64,000 nucleotides of DNA from an uncultured Bacteroidales bacterium (GTDB lineage: Bacteria > Bacteroidota > Bacteroidia > Bacteroidales > Muribaculaceae). The position numbers and the translations under genes are program-made. Location of the stretch: the NCBI GenBank assembly GCA_902774055.1, contig CACYGX010000002.1:38650-102649 (forward strand), given 5' to 3'. How positions within the stretch are numbered: position 1 is the stretch's first letter; each line of letters begins with the position of its first letter. Positions 25,340 to 33,140 of the stretch are shown here, piece by piece. The notes under the pieces were generated by a model. It did no database searches and was not told the origin of the DNA. It worked only from the letters and a program-made list of their open reading frames with translations.

Positions 25340-25347
25340 CAAAGATA
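25340..25347 (-). promoter_or_regulatory. Bacteroidetes -7 promoter element (TATCTTTG) for the accessory/tRNA-like operon
   Basis: Reverse complement of caaagata in an AT-rich gap, with TTTG copies 17 and 22 nt upstream. Confidence 0.7.
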
Positions 25348-25417
25348 ATAAAAAATAATAACAACAAAGCAAAACAAAGAGAAAACCAACAAAAAAAATA
25401 AGATTTAACCCGTTTTT

Positions 25418-26155
25418 TCAAAACGGCAGCAGGGAGAAGTCAATCTCCATGCCCTTGTCTGCCGCGTAGGTTGGCACCCCACAAACGGCCTCGATTTCGG
25501 CCACAAACCGCTTCTCGTCGCTATTGCCGTCCGACAGGTGGATCAGCACCACGTTCTCCAGGCATGACCTGTCAGCCCCGGCAATGATCCCCTTCGTCGT
25601 TTCCAGTTCCATATGCGTACCGTGCAATCGCTCTCGCATCATCGGCAGCACGGATCCGTTGTCAATGTTGCGTTGCAGCACATCGTCGGCATAGTTGCAC
25701 TCGACCATGTAGTGGCTGACGCGCGGGATCCTGTACTCCAGCATCATCGTATCGGTTACGAACACCGTCCTTCCCATTTCCGGGTGCTCGATGATGTAAC
25801 CGACGCACGGCACGTCGTGGACCACGTTGATGGGTATGATTGACCACCTCCCAATCCTGTAGCCTTTCCCTGGCCACACCTCCTTGCAGCAAACGCGGTT
25901 TTTCATCCCGGCGTGCGTGAACACGTCAGGGAGGGCAAAGACCGTCACACCGGCCGACACGAAGTCCTTGACGTGTGCCGCGTGGTCCCCGTGCCTGTGC
26001 GAGACAATGCAGGCACTGAGCCTGGAAATGTCCCAGCCCAGCGCCTGCTTGACCTCACGGAAAGGTATGCCGGCCTCAATCGCGAGAACACTGTCGTCGC
26101 TTTCGAGCAGGTAGCAGTTCCCGCGCGAAGAAGATCCGAGCACCTTGAGTTTCAT
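25418..26155 (-). CDS. MBL-fold metallo-hydrolase (phage exonuclease partner of RecT)
   Basis: LGSSSRGNCY, SHRHGDH, HD and HLS motifs; adjacent to recT. Confidence 0.85.
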   Translation of the reverse strand: MKLKVLGSSSRGNCYLLESDDSVLAIEAGIPFREVKQALGWDISRLSACIVSHRHGDHAAHVKDFVSAGVTVFALPDVFTHAGMKNRVCCKEVWPGKGYRIGRWSIIPINVVHDVPCVGYIIEHPEMGRTVFVTDTMMLEYRIPRVSHYMVECNYADDVLQRNIDNGSVLPMMRERLHGTHMELETTKGIIAGADRSCLENVVLIHLSDGNSDEKRFVAEIEAVCGVPTYAADKGMEIDFSLLPF

Positions 26156-26167
26156 AGCTTCATCGGA

Positions 26168-27103
26168 TTAATAGCCGGGGTCGTCATTCTGAGGTGCAGC
26201 CGCCACTTCATGGCCCGCTTCAACGTCCTCGAATTGGACCTGTCCGGGGTCAAGGTCGATGGTGTTGGCGTTCTCCTCGATGAGCTCGTCGCGCTGCTCG
26301 TTGACAGCCATGTCGTTGACCATCGCGCCTTGCATCTCCACTGATAGGTAGCCGTACTTGGAAAGGAGCCTGCGGATTACCGTCTTGAGGCCCATGTCGT
26401 TGAAGTTGCCCATCCAGCCGACCGTTTTGGCCTTCTTGGCCTCGTTGGCCAGCTTGATAAGCTGGTCCACCGTCGTGTCCTTGCCGAGCGACGGGGCATA
26501 GGTCTTTGCGTATTTGGCCATTTGCTCGACGGTCATGTAAAGTGACTTTGAGAAGCCGTTCAAGAGCTCCATGTAGCAGAAGTACCCGACGATCTTGTCG
26601 CTCTTGCGCTCGCCTTCAAGGGAGAACTCGCCGGTCACACGGTTGTTCGTCACAATCTCCCCATCGTACACAAAGTCCGCGTTGAGGAACTTGTACTGGC
26701 CTGTGCGCATGGCCAGCTGGATATAGCCCTTGTAGCCGGGGACGAAAGTCGGTGTCATGACCTTGGTCCACACGTCGCGTCCGTCCTTGTCGACCGACTT
26801 GACCGTGTTGTTGTAAGGCACAATGTAGGCGAAACCGAGCGCCCTGTTGATCGGCAGTTGCATCGATGCCGCCGCCAGGGCCTGCTTGATGATGTCCGCC
26901 GGCTTGCACTGCTGGAGCTTCTTGTCGCTCGTGTAAAGGTCGATAACGCTGGCGATGAACACGTCGCGGTGTTTGCCGAGCGCGTTGGTAAACTGTTCTT
27001 TCACGCTCTCCTCGTTGAGCATTGACTTGAGGAGATCCACCGGTCGCTGCTGCTTAGCAACGGCGTTGCCCGGGTTTGCTGTCTGAATCTGATTGTCAGC
27101 CAT
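26168..27103 (-). CDS. recT: RecT-family single-strand annealing protein
   Basis: AYIVPY, FVPGYKGYIQLAMRTGQY and M.LKTVIRRLLSKYG.LSVEM motifs. Confidence 0.9.
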   Translation of the reverse strand: MADNQIQTANPGNAVAKQQRPVDLLKSMLNEESVKEQFTNALGKHRDVFIASVIDLYTSDKKLQQCKPADIIKQALAAASMQLPINRALGFAYIVPYNNTVKSVDKDGRDVWTKVMTPTFVPGYKGYIQLAMRTGQYKFLNADFVYDGEIVTNNRVTGEFSLEGERKSDKIVGYFCYMELLNGFSKSLYMTVEQMAKYAKTYAPSLGKDTTVDQLIKLANEAKKAKTVGWMGNFNDMGLKTVIRRLLSKYGYLSVEMQGAMVNDMAVNEQRDELIEENANTIDLDPGQVQFEDVEAGHEVAAAPQNDDPGY

Positions 27104-27175
27104 AGTGTTTGAAAATTAAAGTGTTAGACATTTGTTATTGGATCGTTGGCCGCATTTGCAGCCTTTTTCTTTCTC

Positions 27176-29131
27176 TCATTCCACCACAAGCGACTTGTCG
27201 TCACTCACGACCAGGCAGACGGTCTGCGACTCCATCTCGGGGATTTCGTTGATGCTTTCGGCGTTGTCAAGGAAGCAGGGGGCGCAGATGCCCTCAAAGC
27301 GGCAGATCGCGTTGATCACGTCAAGGCCGGCGAGGATGCGCTGGGCATTGCTCAGGCCACCGTCGTAGGGCACGCCGTCGATTGTCGTTTCGCAGGTCTC
27401 GACCTCGCCGCCGTTGATCTGCTTGGCGTAAAGCCGGAACCTCACGATCTTGAACATGCTGTTGATCTTGCTTTCCACGTAGGCCATCCTGGCCTTGCCG
27501 AACTCCTTGATCGTGAACTCAATGCCCTCAAGCCTCGCCAGCTCCGCGTTCTGAGCTTGCAGCTCGCCTTTAAGCTCCTCAATGCGCCTGTTGTTCCTCT
27601 CGATGATGTCGCGCCGGGACATGCGGACTTTCAGCTCCTCCATCTGCCTTTGGATGGCGTAGTGCTTGTCCTGTAGGTCGCTGCTGGTGTCGACGCTGGC
27701 CTGTTCGTTGCACAATGCGTTGGCCTCTTCCTCTCTTCGCTTGAGTTCCACGTACCTCTCGTCGGCGCTGAAATCCACCGACGGCTCCACTGAAAGGTCC
27801 TCGTTGAAAATGGGCATTGCCGCGATTTCGTCGAAGCGGGCCTGGTAGTCAGCCAGCTTTTCGCCGAATTTCAGTATCCTCTCCTGGGCCGTGTCGATCT
27901 GGGCGCGGATGGCGAGGCCCCTCTTTTTATTGTCCTCGAGGTCAGCGGCGTTCCTGGTGTTGAACTCGGCGACCATGTGGGCCTTCTTCTCCTCGATGTC
28001 CTCATATTCAAGCTCCCTGTGGCATGTCGGGCAGATAAACGCGCCGTCGCTGAATTCCAGCCGCCTGGCCTTGATCGCGCGGTACTCCGCTATCAGCTCT
28101 TCGCGCTTGGCGTTCAGGCCGGCGATGTCTGCTTTCAGCTTGTCTATGGCCTTCCCGGTGTAAACCATCTCGTCCTTGATGACATTGGCCTCGTTCCTCA
28201 GCTTGTTCTGCTCGACCTTCTTTTCCCTCCATTCAGCCGTGCCGGCGATTTGCAGCTCGCCTTCCAGCCTCTTGCGTTCAATGCGGATGTTATTGTAGTC
28301 GTTGAGCCTCCGCATCTGTTCCTGCCGGGCCGCATTGTATGCCTTCGCCGCGTCGGTGATCTTGCCCTCTATCTCGTTCCTGCTTTCCTCAAGGACCCGG
28401 TACTCGCTTTGCAGCTTTTCCCAGTCCTCCTCCTCGGGCATGTCCCTCTGCCTCTCGTCGATGCGGTCAGGTATGCTGTCCACCTCCGCTTTGATCCTGG
28501 CCTTTTTGGCGTTAATCTCACGCGAGTATTCCTCGATGGTCTTCCCGCTCAGCTCACCAAGCAGTGCCCCAAACCCGTTGTCCCCGGCAGCGATCTCGTC
28601 GTCGCTGATGCCGCCGGCCATCCTTATCAGCAGCTCACGCTTGAACCTTATGTCCTGCCGCTCAAAATGTGCCGGGTTGGTGATGAGCTTGAACACCTGC
28701 TCGTCGCAGAGGGCCTTGATCTTGTCGTCGAACTCCTTCTTTGAGCAGGGCACGTCGTTCCAGTACCTCTCCTCGGTGTGGCCGGCGAACTCCGCGTCCG
28801 TCTCACCGCGACGCTTGACCCATTTCTCAGTGTAGGCCCTGGTGACAGTCAGGTGTTCCTCCTGGCCGTCGGTGAGCACAGTGAAATCCCCGCTCACCTC
28901 GTGCGGCAGGTGCATGACGGGCTCACCGTCCTTGTCAAGGGTCTTGATAGAGAACACCTTCCTGTCCTCGCTGTCCTTGCCGAAAAGCAGCCACGTGAAC
29001 GCGTCGTAGACCGTTGTCTTGCCGGAGCCGTTGCAACCACGGATCACGGTCCTTTCCTTGAAATTGACCTCAAGGCTCGAGATGCCTTTGAAGTTCGTCA
29101 GCTTTAAAGTGTTGATTACAATTTTTTTCAT
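27176..29131 (-). CDS. SbcC/Rad50-like AAA ATPase with long coiled coil
   Basis: NFKG, Walker A GCNGSGKT, central CPTC hook, C-terminal LDNAESI; typical partner of phage RecT. Confidence 0.85.
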   Translation of the reverse strand: MKKIVINTLKLTNFKGISSLEVNFKERTVIRGCNGSGKTTVYDAFTWLLFGKDSEDRKVFSIKTLDKDGEPVMHLPHEVSGDFTVLTDGQEEHLTVTRAYTEKWVKRRGETDAEFAGHTEERYWNDVPCSKKEFDDKIKALCDEQVFKLITNPAHFERQDIRFKRELLIRMAGGISDDEIAAGDNGFGALLGELSGKTIEEYSREINAKKARIKAEVDSIPDRIDERQRDMPEEEDWEKLQSEYRVLEESRNEIEGKITDAAKAYNAARQEQMRRLNDYNNIRIERKRLEGELQIAGTAEWREKKVEQNKLRNEANVIKDEMVYTGKAIDKLKADIAGLNAKREELIAEYRAIKARRLEFSDGAFICPTCHRELEYEDIEEKKAHMVAEFNTRNAADLEDNKKRGLAIRAQIDTAQERILKFGEKLADYQARFDEIAAMPIFNEDLSVEPSVDFSADERYVELKRREEEANALCNEQASVDTSSDLQDKHYAIQRQMEELKVRMSRRDIIERNNRRIEELKGELQAQNAELARLEGIEFTIKEFGKARMAYVESKINSMFKIVRFRLYAKQINGGEVETCETTIDGVPYDGGLSNAQRILAGLDVINAICRFEGICAPCFLDNAESINEIPEMESQTVCLVVSDDKSLVVE

Positions 29132-29133
29132 TG

Positions 29134-29928
29134 CTACATGTTGTTTTGAGTGTTAGTGTTGATGGATTTTTCTATGTATTCTTCGGATGTTACCCCGTTG
29201 TTCTTCCTAAATAGCCGCCTCATGTGGTCCAAAACATGGGCTGGCGCGTTGTACGCGTTGCCGATGATGGCCTTGGCCTGCTCTGCCGTCTCCTTGCTGT
29301 AAGGTTCCTCCATTTTCTGCTTCTCCAGGTTTTTAAGCAGTTGCTCTCGCTTTTCAGGGTCCATCTTCGTCTTGGCCCATTGATCGCGCTGCTTCCTGTA
29401 TTCCTCCTTCTCACGATTCTCGATCACTGCGGTCCGCTGCGGCAAGAAACCGTTACGCAAAGCCTCCATGATGATAAGAGGGTCAACCCTTCCGTAAAAC
29501 TGGCCGTACTTGCCGGCCTTGAAACGGTAGAAGAATAGCATCAGCTCCGTTGCCTTCAGGTATGAATACTCGTTGGCGATGATCTCGGCCATTTGTCTTG
29601 CCGCCCTTGCCTCCAGGTCTTTCACGCCGCAGTAGCTCGACAGGTCATGTACCTGCGGCAATAGCCATTGTGCCGCGCTGCCTTCACCGTACGCGATGTC
29701 GATGACCTTCAATGTCGGCGATTTACCCAGGATCGCTCGCTCCTCGTTATTTGCCACATCGATCTGAAGGTCCGGGTTGAACACCATGCAAAACGAATTC
29801 ATGCTAGAATAAGTCGTGAGTAGGTCGTTTACCCTTTGTTGCAAGTGTGGCCATCTCTGCTGCGTACTCTCTGGCAAGTTGCTCACGGCTTGACTTACCA
29901 GCGCCGCCATTGTCCGATTGCTGTCCAT
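29134..29928 (-). CDS. Replication-associated protein (DUF6633-like); start uncertain
   Basis: YLK.TELMLFFYRFKAGKYGQFYG.VDP..I pattern recalled from Bacteroidales phages; follows the initiator. Confidence 0.55.
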   Translation of the reverse strand: MDSNRTMAALVSQAVSNLPESTQQRWPHLQQRVNDLLTTYSSMNSFCMVFNPDLQIDVANNEERAILGKSPTLKVIDIAYGEGSAAQWLLPQVHDLSSYCGVKDLEARAARQMAEIIANEYSYLKATELMLFFYRFKAGKYGQFYGRVDPLIIMEALRNGFLPQRTAVIENREKEEYRKQRDQWAKTKMDPEKREQLLKNLEKQKMEEPYSKETAEQAKAIIGNAYNAPAHVLDHMRRLFRKNNGVTSEEYIEKSINTNTQNNM

Positions 29929-30619
29929 TGTTGCGTTTGTTTATATTCGCCTTGATGCGCAGCACGGCGATGAAGTGGCTCTTGTTCCACTCGCTGTCCG
30001 GAAGATCCTGGAATGTCCAGTCGTTGATGATCTCCTCAGCGAATTTTTTGTATTGCTCCACGGTAATGCTGACCGACCGGCAACCGATCTCGATAATGGG
30101 ATCGCTCATCACTTCTGAAACAAGTCCCTCGCGCACACGCGCACGCGCGTCGTCGACGACGATATTATTCTTATTATTATTCTTACTATTCTTATTTACA
30201 ATAATGTGGGGTGTGTCAGTTTTTGATACACCCCCTGTCAAATTTTGACATACCTGTGTATCAATTTCTGATACACCGTCTATCAATTTTTGACAGTCCT
30301 GTGTGTCATTTTTTGATACACTGTGTATCGGTTTTTGATACAGCTGATATTCGCCCCAGTTTGTGATCACTGTGGTCGTCTTTTTCCCGGCAATCAAAGA
30401 CCTTGTTATCTCCCCGGTTCGCACAAGCTTGGCAAGAGAGCTTCTGACGGTATTGATTGATAATCCCGTTACAACCGCAAGGCCGCTGAGGCTGATTTCC
30501 GTCATTCCGTCCTTGTCTGCCAGCAGCAGGAGCGCCAGGAATACGGTCACCACACTCGGCTCCCCGAAGTGCTCCCACTCCAGGATGCGTCGGTGTATCT
30601 TGATCCAGCCTTCGTTCAT
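29804..30619 (-). CDS. Phage replication initiator (N-terminal wHTH)
   Basis: MNEGWIKIHRRILEWE start, LA..TGLS...VRSSL.KL...GEI HTH, internal iteron-encoded repeats. Confidence 0.8.
   Translation of the reverse strand: MNEGWIKIHRRILEWEHFGEPSVVTVFLALLLLADKDGMTEISLSGLAVVTGLSINTVRSSLAKLVRTGEITRSLIAGKKTTTVITNWGEYQLYQKPIHSVSKNDTQDCQKLIDGVSEIDTQVCQNLTGGVSKTDTPHIIVNKNSKNNNKNNIVVDDARARVREGLVSEVMSDPIIEIGCRSVSITVEQYKKFAEEIINDWTFQDLPDSEWNKSHFIAVLRIKANINKRNNGQQSDNGGAGKSSREQLAREYAAEMATLATKGKRPTHDLF
30212..30343. repeat. Six iteron-like imperfect palindromes (putative phage ori) inside the initiator gene
   Basis: TGA(T/C)A cores at 30224, 30246, 30269, 30291, 30314 and 30336 (22/23-bp spacing); units like TGTGTATCA-N5-TGATACA; AT-rich tract at ~30160-30205. 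Confidence 0.75.
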
Positions 30620-30626
30620 GACCTCA

Positions 30627-30824
30627 TCAGTATTGGGCACCCCAAAACCGGACGATATCGCTCCCGACATAGAAGGGCCTGTTAGTGTACTTGTGGCGGT
30701 GCTGGCGGATGTGCCTGAGCGCCGTGTGCCTGTAGAGCGTCTTGCGGTCGATGCCGAGCGCCCTGGCCGTCGCGGACACGCTGTAGTGCCCGGTGGCTGA
30801 AACGTTGGGCTGTTCACTTACCAT
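30627..30824 (-). CDS. Excisionase/MerR-like HTH protein
   Basis: YSVSATARALGIDRKTLYR HTH; start trimmed to ATG 30824. Confidence 0.7.
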   Translation of the reverse strand: MVSEQPNVSATGHYSVSATARALGIDRKTLYRHTALRHIRQHRHKYTNRPFYVGSDIVRFWGAQY

Positions 30825-31017
30825 CGCACACCTCCATTTCCTTCTCGGTCTCCTTGACAAATTCCTTCAAGGCGCTCCATACCGGGTTCATTGTCACATA
30901 GCCGAACTCGTCGGCCACCTTCTTCACTGCGGCGGTCTTGTTCATGCCGATCTTGACGTAGGCCACCACTGCGTGGGCCATCGCCTTCCTCTTCTCTTTG
31001 ATTGATGAATAGCTCAT
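30814..31017 (-). CDS. Cro-like small regulator
   Basis: 67 aa basic protein, first gene divergent from the repressor. Confidence 0.55.
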   Translation of the reverse strand: MSYSSIKEKRKAMAHAVVAYVKIGMNKTAAVKKVADEFGYVTMNPVWSALKEFVKETEKEMEVCDGK

Positions 31018-31066
31018 ATTATATAAAATTAACTTTAAAATGTTAGTTTTTCCGCTACATTATTCT

Positions 31067-31074
31067 TATATTTG
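31067..31074 (+). promoter_or_regulatory. -7 element TATATTTG, probable repressor promoter
   Basis: Matches TAnnTTTG, ~120 nt upstream of the CI ATG. Confidence 0.6.
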
Positions 31075-31110
31075 CCACTGAAAATATAGGACGGTTAATA
31101 AGAACAGGTG

Positions 31111-31118
31111 CAAAGGTA
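31111..31118 (-). promoter_or_regulatory. -7 element TACCTTTG, probable early lytic promoter
   Basis: Reverse complement of caaaggta followed by CACC; ~95 nt upstream of the Cro-like ATG. Confidence 0.65.
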
Positions 31119-31191
31119 ATAACTTTTCTATGAAATTCTATATTTTTCTCGGGTTAAAAATAAAGTTTAATAATTTTTAAGAAATTGTGAT

Positions 31192-31827
31192 ATGGAAGGT
31201 AAAGATGATTTCAAGGCGAGGATCAAGGCGTTCGCCGAGAGCCAGGGATACAGCATAAAGGCCCTCCAGGATGAGCTGGGGCTGAGCAACGCGCACTTTC
31301 AGAACGCGAAATCGGTCACGCCAAGGGTAGGGAAGATGATAAAGGCCAGGTTCCCGTACGCCAACATCGAGTGGCTCAACACAGGAATGGGGAACATGCT
31401 GCTCAACGACGGCGACGACGTCAACCTGGGAACCATCACAGTGCCCCTGCTCCCGGTATATGCCCAGGCCGGCGTGCTGACGGATTTCGTCGGCTCGGTC
31501 CGCGATTACGACTGCGAGAGGATCATCTCGCCGATCAAGGACGTGACGCTGGCCATGAGGGTGACCGGCGACAGTATGTCACCGGAGTACCCCAACGGCA
31601 GCATCGTCCTGTTGCAGCGCATCGACGACAAGGCGTTCATCGAATGGGGATGCACATTCGTCCTGGACACTGTCAACGGGGCCGTCATCAAGAAGGTCTA
31701 TCCCGACCCCGACGATCCCGACCGCGTGATCTGCCGGTCGGTCAACCCGGCCTACGGCGAGTTCGAGGTGCGGAAAAGCGACATCTACAGCTGGTTCATC
31801 GTGAGGATGCAAATGTCCAGCAAATGA
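31192..31827 (+). CDS. CI-like repressor (HTH + peptidase S24)
   Basis: N-terminal HTH, VYAQAG cleavage-site AG, RVTGDSMSPEYP catalytic Ser, IKK catalytic Lys. Confidence 0.9.
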   Translation: MEGKDDFKARIKAFAESQGYSIKALQDELGLSNAHFQNAKSVTPRVGKMIKARFPYANIEWLNTGMGNMLLNDGDDVNLGTITVPLLPVYAQAGVLTDFVGSVRDYDCERIISPIKDVTLAMRVTGDSMSPEYPNGSIVLLQRIDDKAFIEWGCTFVLDTVNGAVIKKVYPDPDDPDRVICRSVNPAYGEFEVRKSDIYSWFIVRMQMSSK

Positions 31828-31866
31828 CCCCTTGTGCAGCCGAAAAATTGCAAATAACTTGCAAAT
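31809..31866. repeat. Four GCAAAT direct repeats in two 11-bp-spaced pairs (candidate integrase arm sites)
   Basis: GCAAAT at 31809, 31820, 31850 and 31861, 60-120 bp from the att core. Confidence 0.5.
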
Positions 31867-31925
31867 CAGCGATGCGTGTTTTGTAAACGGTTGATGATTA
31901 AAGGATTAGCCTAGATTTTAAAACA

Positions 31926-31985
31926 CCTGGAAAGCGTGTATACGTCAAAAGCGTATCCCGAGTTCGAATCTCGGTCACTCCGCCA
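31926..31985 (+). tRNA. 3' half of tRNA-Ser(GGA) = attR (not an intact tRNA)
   Basis: Loop CTGGAAA, GCGTG, long variable arm TATACG-TCAAAAG-CGTAT, T arm CCGAG-TTCGAAT-CTCGG, ending CCA; the 5' anticodon strand and D arm are replaced by phage sequence. Confidence 0.9.
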
Positions 31986-31986
31986 G

Positions 31987-32022
31987 AAAAAGAGACGACA
32001 ACCAACTGTCGCCTCTTTTTTT
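31987..32022 (+). terminator. Original tRNA terminator
   Basis: agagacgaca-accaac-tgtcgcctct followed by a T-run. Confidence 0.8.
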
Positions 32023-32048
32023 GATAACCCCCAAAATTCCTGCTTGAA

Positions 32049-33038
32049 CTATGTGGATGGTGGGGTGGCTATATCCTTTGCCAGATTGTTGAGTTGAATG
32101 CACTGGTCGCGGGTGATGTTCTTTTTCTCACTGTGATAGGGCCATGGGGCGACAAAGAGCAACTGCCCTCTTGAACAGGCATCGAATTGCTGTCCTCCTG
32201 GTTTCCACATCGGTGAAAAACCGTTCTCAAGCAGAATGATTTCCCGTATACCTGCTTCAAATGCGGTTCTCATCACCGCTTTTTCGCAGGGGCTGATACA
32301 AGGTGAGACCAATATGTATCCATCTCGCGCTAGTGCCATGTAACGATTGACTTCGTGTGCTTTTGCTTCATCGGTGTTGATGCTTCGCGAGCATTGCACG
32401 ACGGCCTTGGAGGGGTAATCAAGCAGGAATCGGTTGCCAGCGACGGCGACGTGGGTGTCACCCACAGTAATGTCTTGTTGGACGGTGAAGAACTCGGGAT
32501 GGTAGCGCTTTGTCCACAGTCGGCGGGGATTGTCGTGCAGGTAGTTCAACATGGTTTCCAATTGCCCTTTGTGGATAAGAATTCTATCGTGGTATCCTTC
32601 TTCCCACAAGGTAGTGCCCAAGAGTTCCCTTGCTGCGGCATTACAGCCGACCTTGAAGCCGTTCACCACCTTGCCCAGGTGATATGTGACTGGGCGGGTG
32701 ACAAAGAGCACGCCGTGTAAGTGGTCGGGCATCAACTGGATGTCGATGACCCTCACATCAGGATAATGAGTTGGAATTTCATTCCAGCATCTTAGCACCT
32801 TCTCGCCCAAGAGGCTAGGATGAACCCATGGCGTGGAATGATTATCATCGGGGGAGCACAACTCTCCTAACACGGGCTTGCGACCCTCCACGGCCATGGT
32901 TATCATGTAGATGCAGCGGCTGTGATAGTCGTGCCAAGCATTGCGCCGCTTCATAGAGCGGTTGATCTGATAACTGTCGTGATGCTGTTGCCACCACTGC
33001 CTGCGCCTCTTGTCGCGGTCGTGTCGGTCGTTACTCAT
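32049..33038 (-). CDS. Y1 (IS200/REP-associated type) HUH transposase fused to a DprA/SLOG-like domain
   Basis: N-half: RRNAWHDY..R.IYMITM, LMPDHLHG (HUH), LWEEGYHDRI, YL.DNP. C-half: AVVQCSRS, YILVSPCISPCEK, GQLLFVAPW. Start taken at ATG 33038. Confidence 0.7.
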   Translation of the reverse strand: MSNDRHDRDKRRRQWWQQHHDSYQINRSMKRRNAWHDYHSRCIYMITMAVEGRKPVLGELCSPDDNHSTPWVHPSLLGEKVLRCWNEIPTHYPDVRVIDIQLMPDHLHGVLFVTRPVTYHLGKVVNGFKVGCNAAARELLGTTLWEEGYHDRILIHKGQLETMLNYLHDNPRRLWTKRYHPEFFTVQQDITVGDTHVAVAGNRFLLDYPSKAVVQCSRSINTDEAKAHEVNRYMALARDGYILVSPCISPCEKAVMRTAFEAGIREIILLENGFSPMWKPGGQQFDACSRGQLLFVAPWPYHSEKKNITRDQCIQLNNLAKDIATPPST

Positions 33039-33059
33039 TAGGGACTTGGATAAAAACAG

Positions 33060-33132
33060 GCCGGTGGCCTGCACTACTGCAACCCATGCTGCAGCTATTG
33101 CTGCGGTTGTTGGGGTAGTGCGAGCCACCGGC
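33060..33132. repeat. 73-bp REP-like imperfect palindrome
   Basis: gccggtggc/gccaccggc, gcactac/gtagtgc, caacc/ggttg and gcagc-tatt-gctgc stems; lies between the OPT stop and the transposase start. Confidence 0.7.
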
Positions 33133-33140
33133 TCGTGTCA

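Larger units (their letters stand above)
1..31985. mobile_element. Right part of an integrated temperate (siphovirus-like) prophage; left end outside the window
   Basis: Tail, lysis, recombination, replication and Cro/CI modules in lambdoid order, ending at a tRNA-Ser 3' fragment; only host genes follow. Confidence 0.95.

Noticed and set aside
1-31985. Diversity-generating retroelement or tail-fibre shufflon
   Set aside because: No reverse transcriptase, no adenine-mismatched TR/VR pair and no invertase or inverted crossover repeats were seen by eye in this half of the prophage. The other half is not visible.
31900-31985. Intact functional tRNA-Ser
   Set aside because: The 5' acceptor strand, D arm and 5' anticodon strand are absent; treated as attR.
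32049-33128. Autonomous IS200/IS605 element with TnpB
   Set aside because: No TnpB/IscB ORF and no matching right-end hairpin identified; the ORF-track N-terminal extension to 33128 merely runs through the palindrome.
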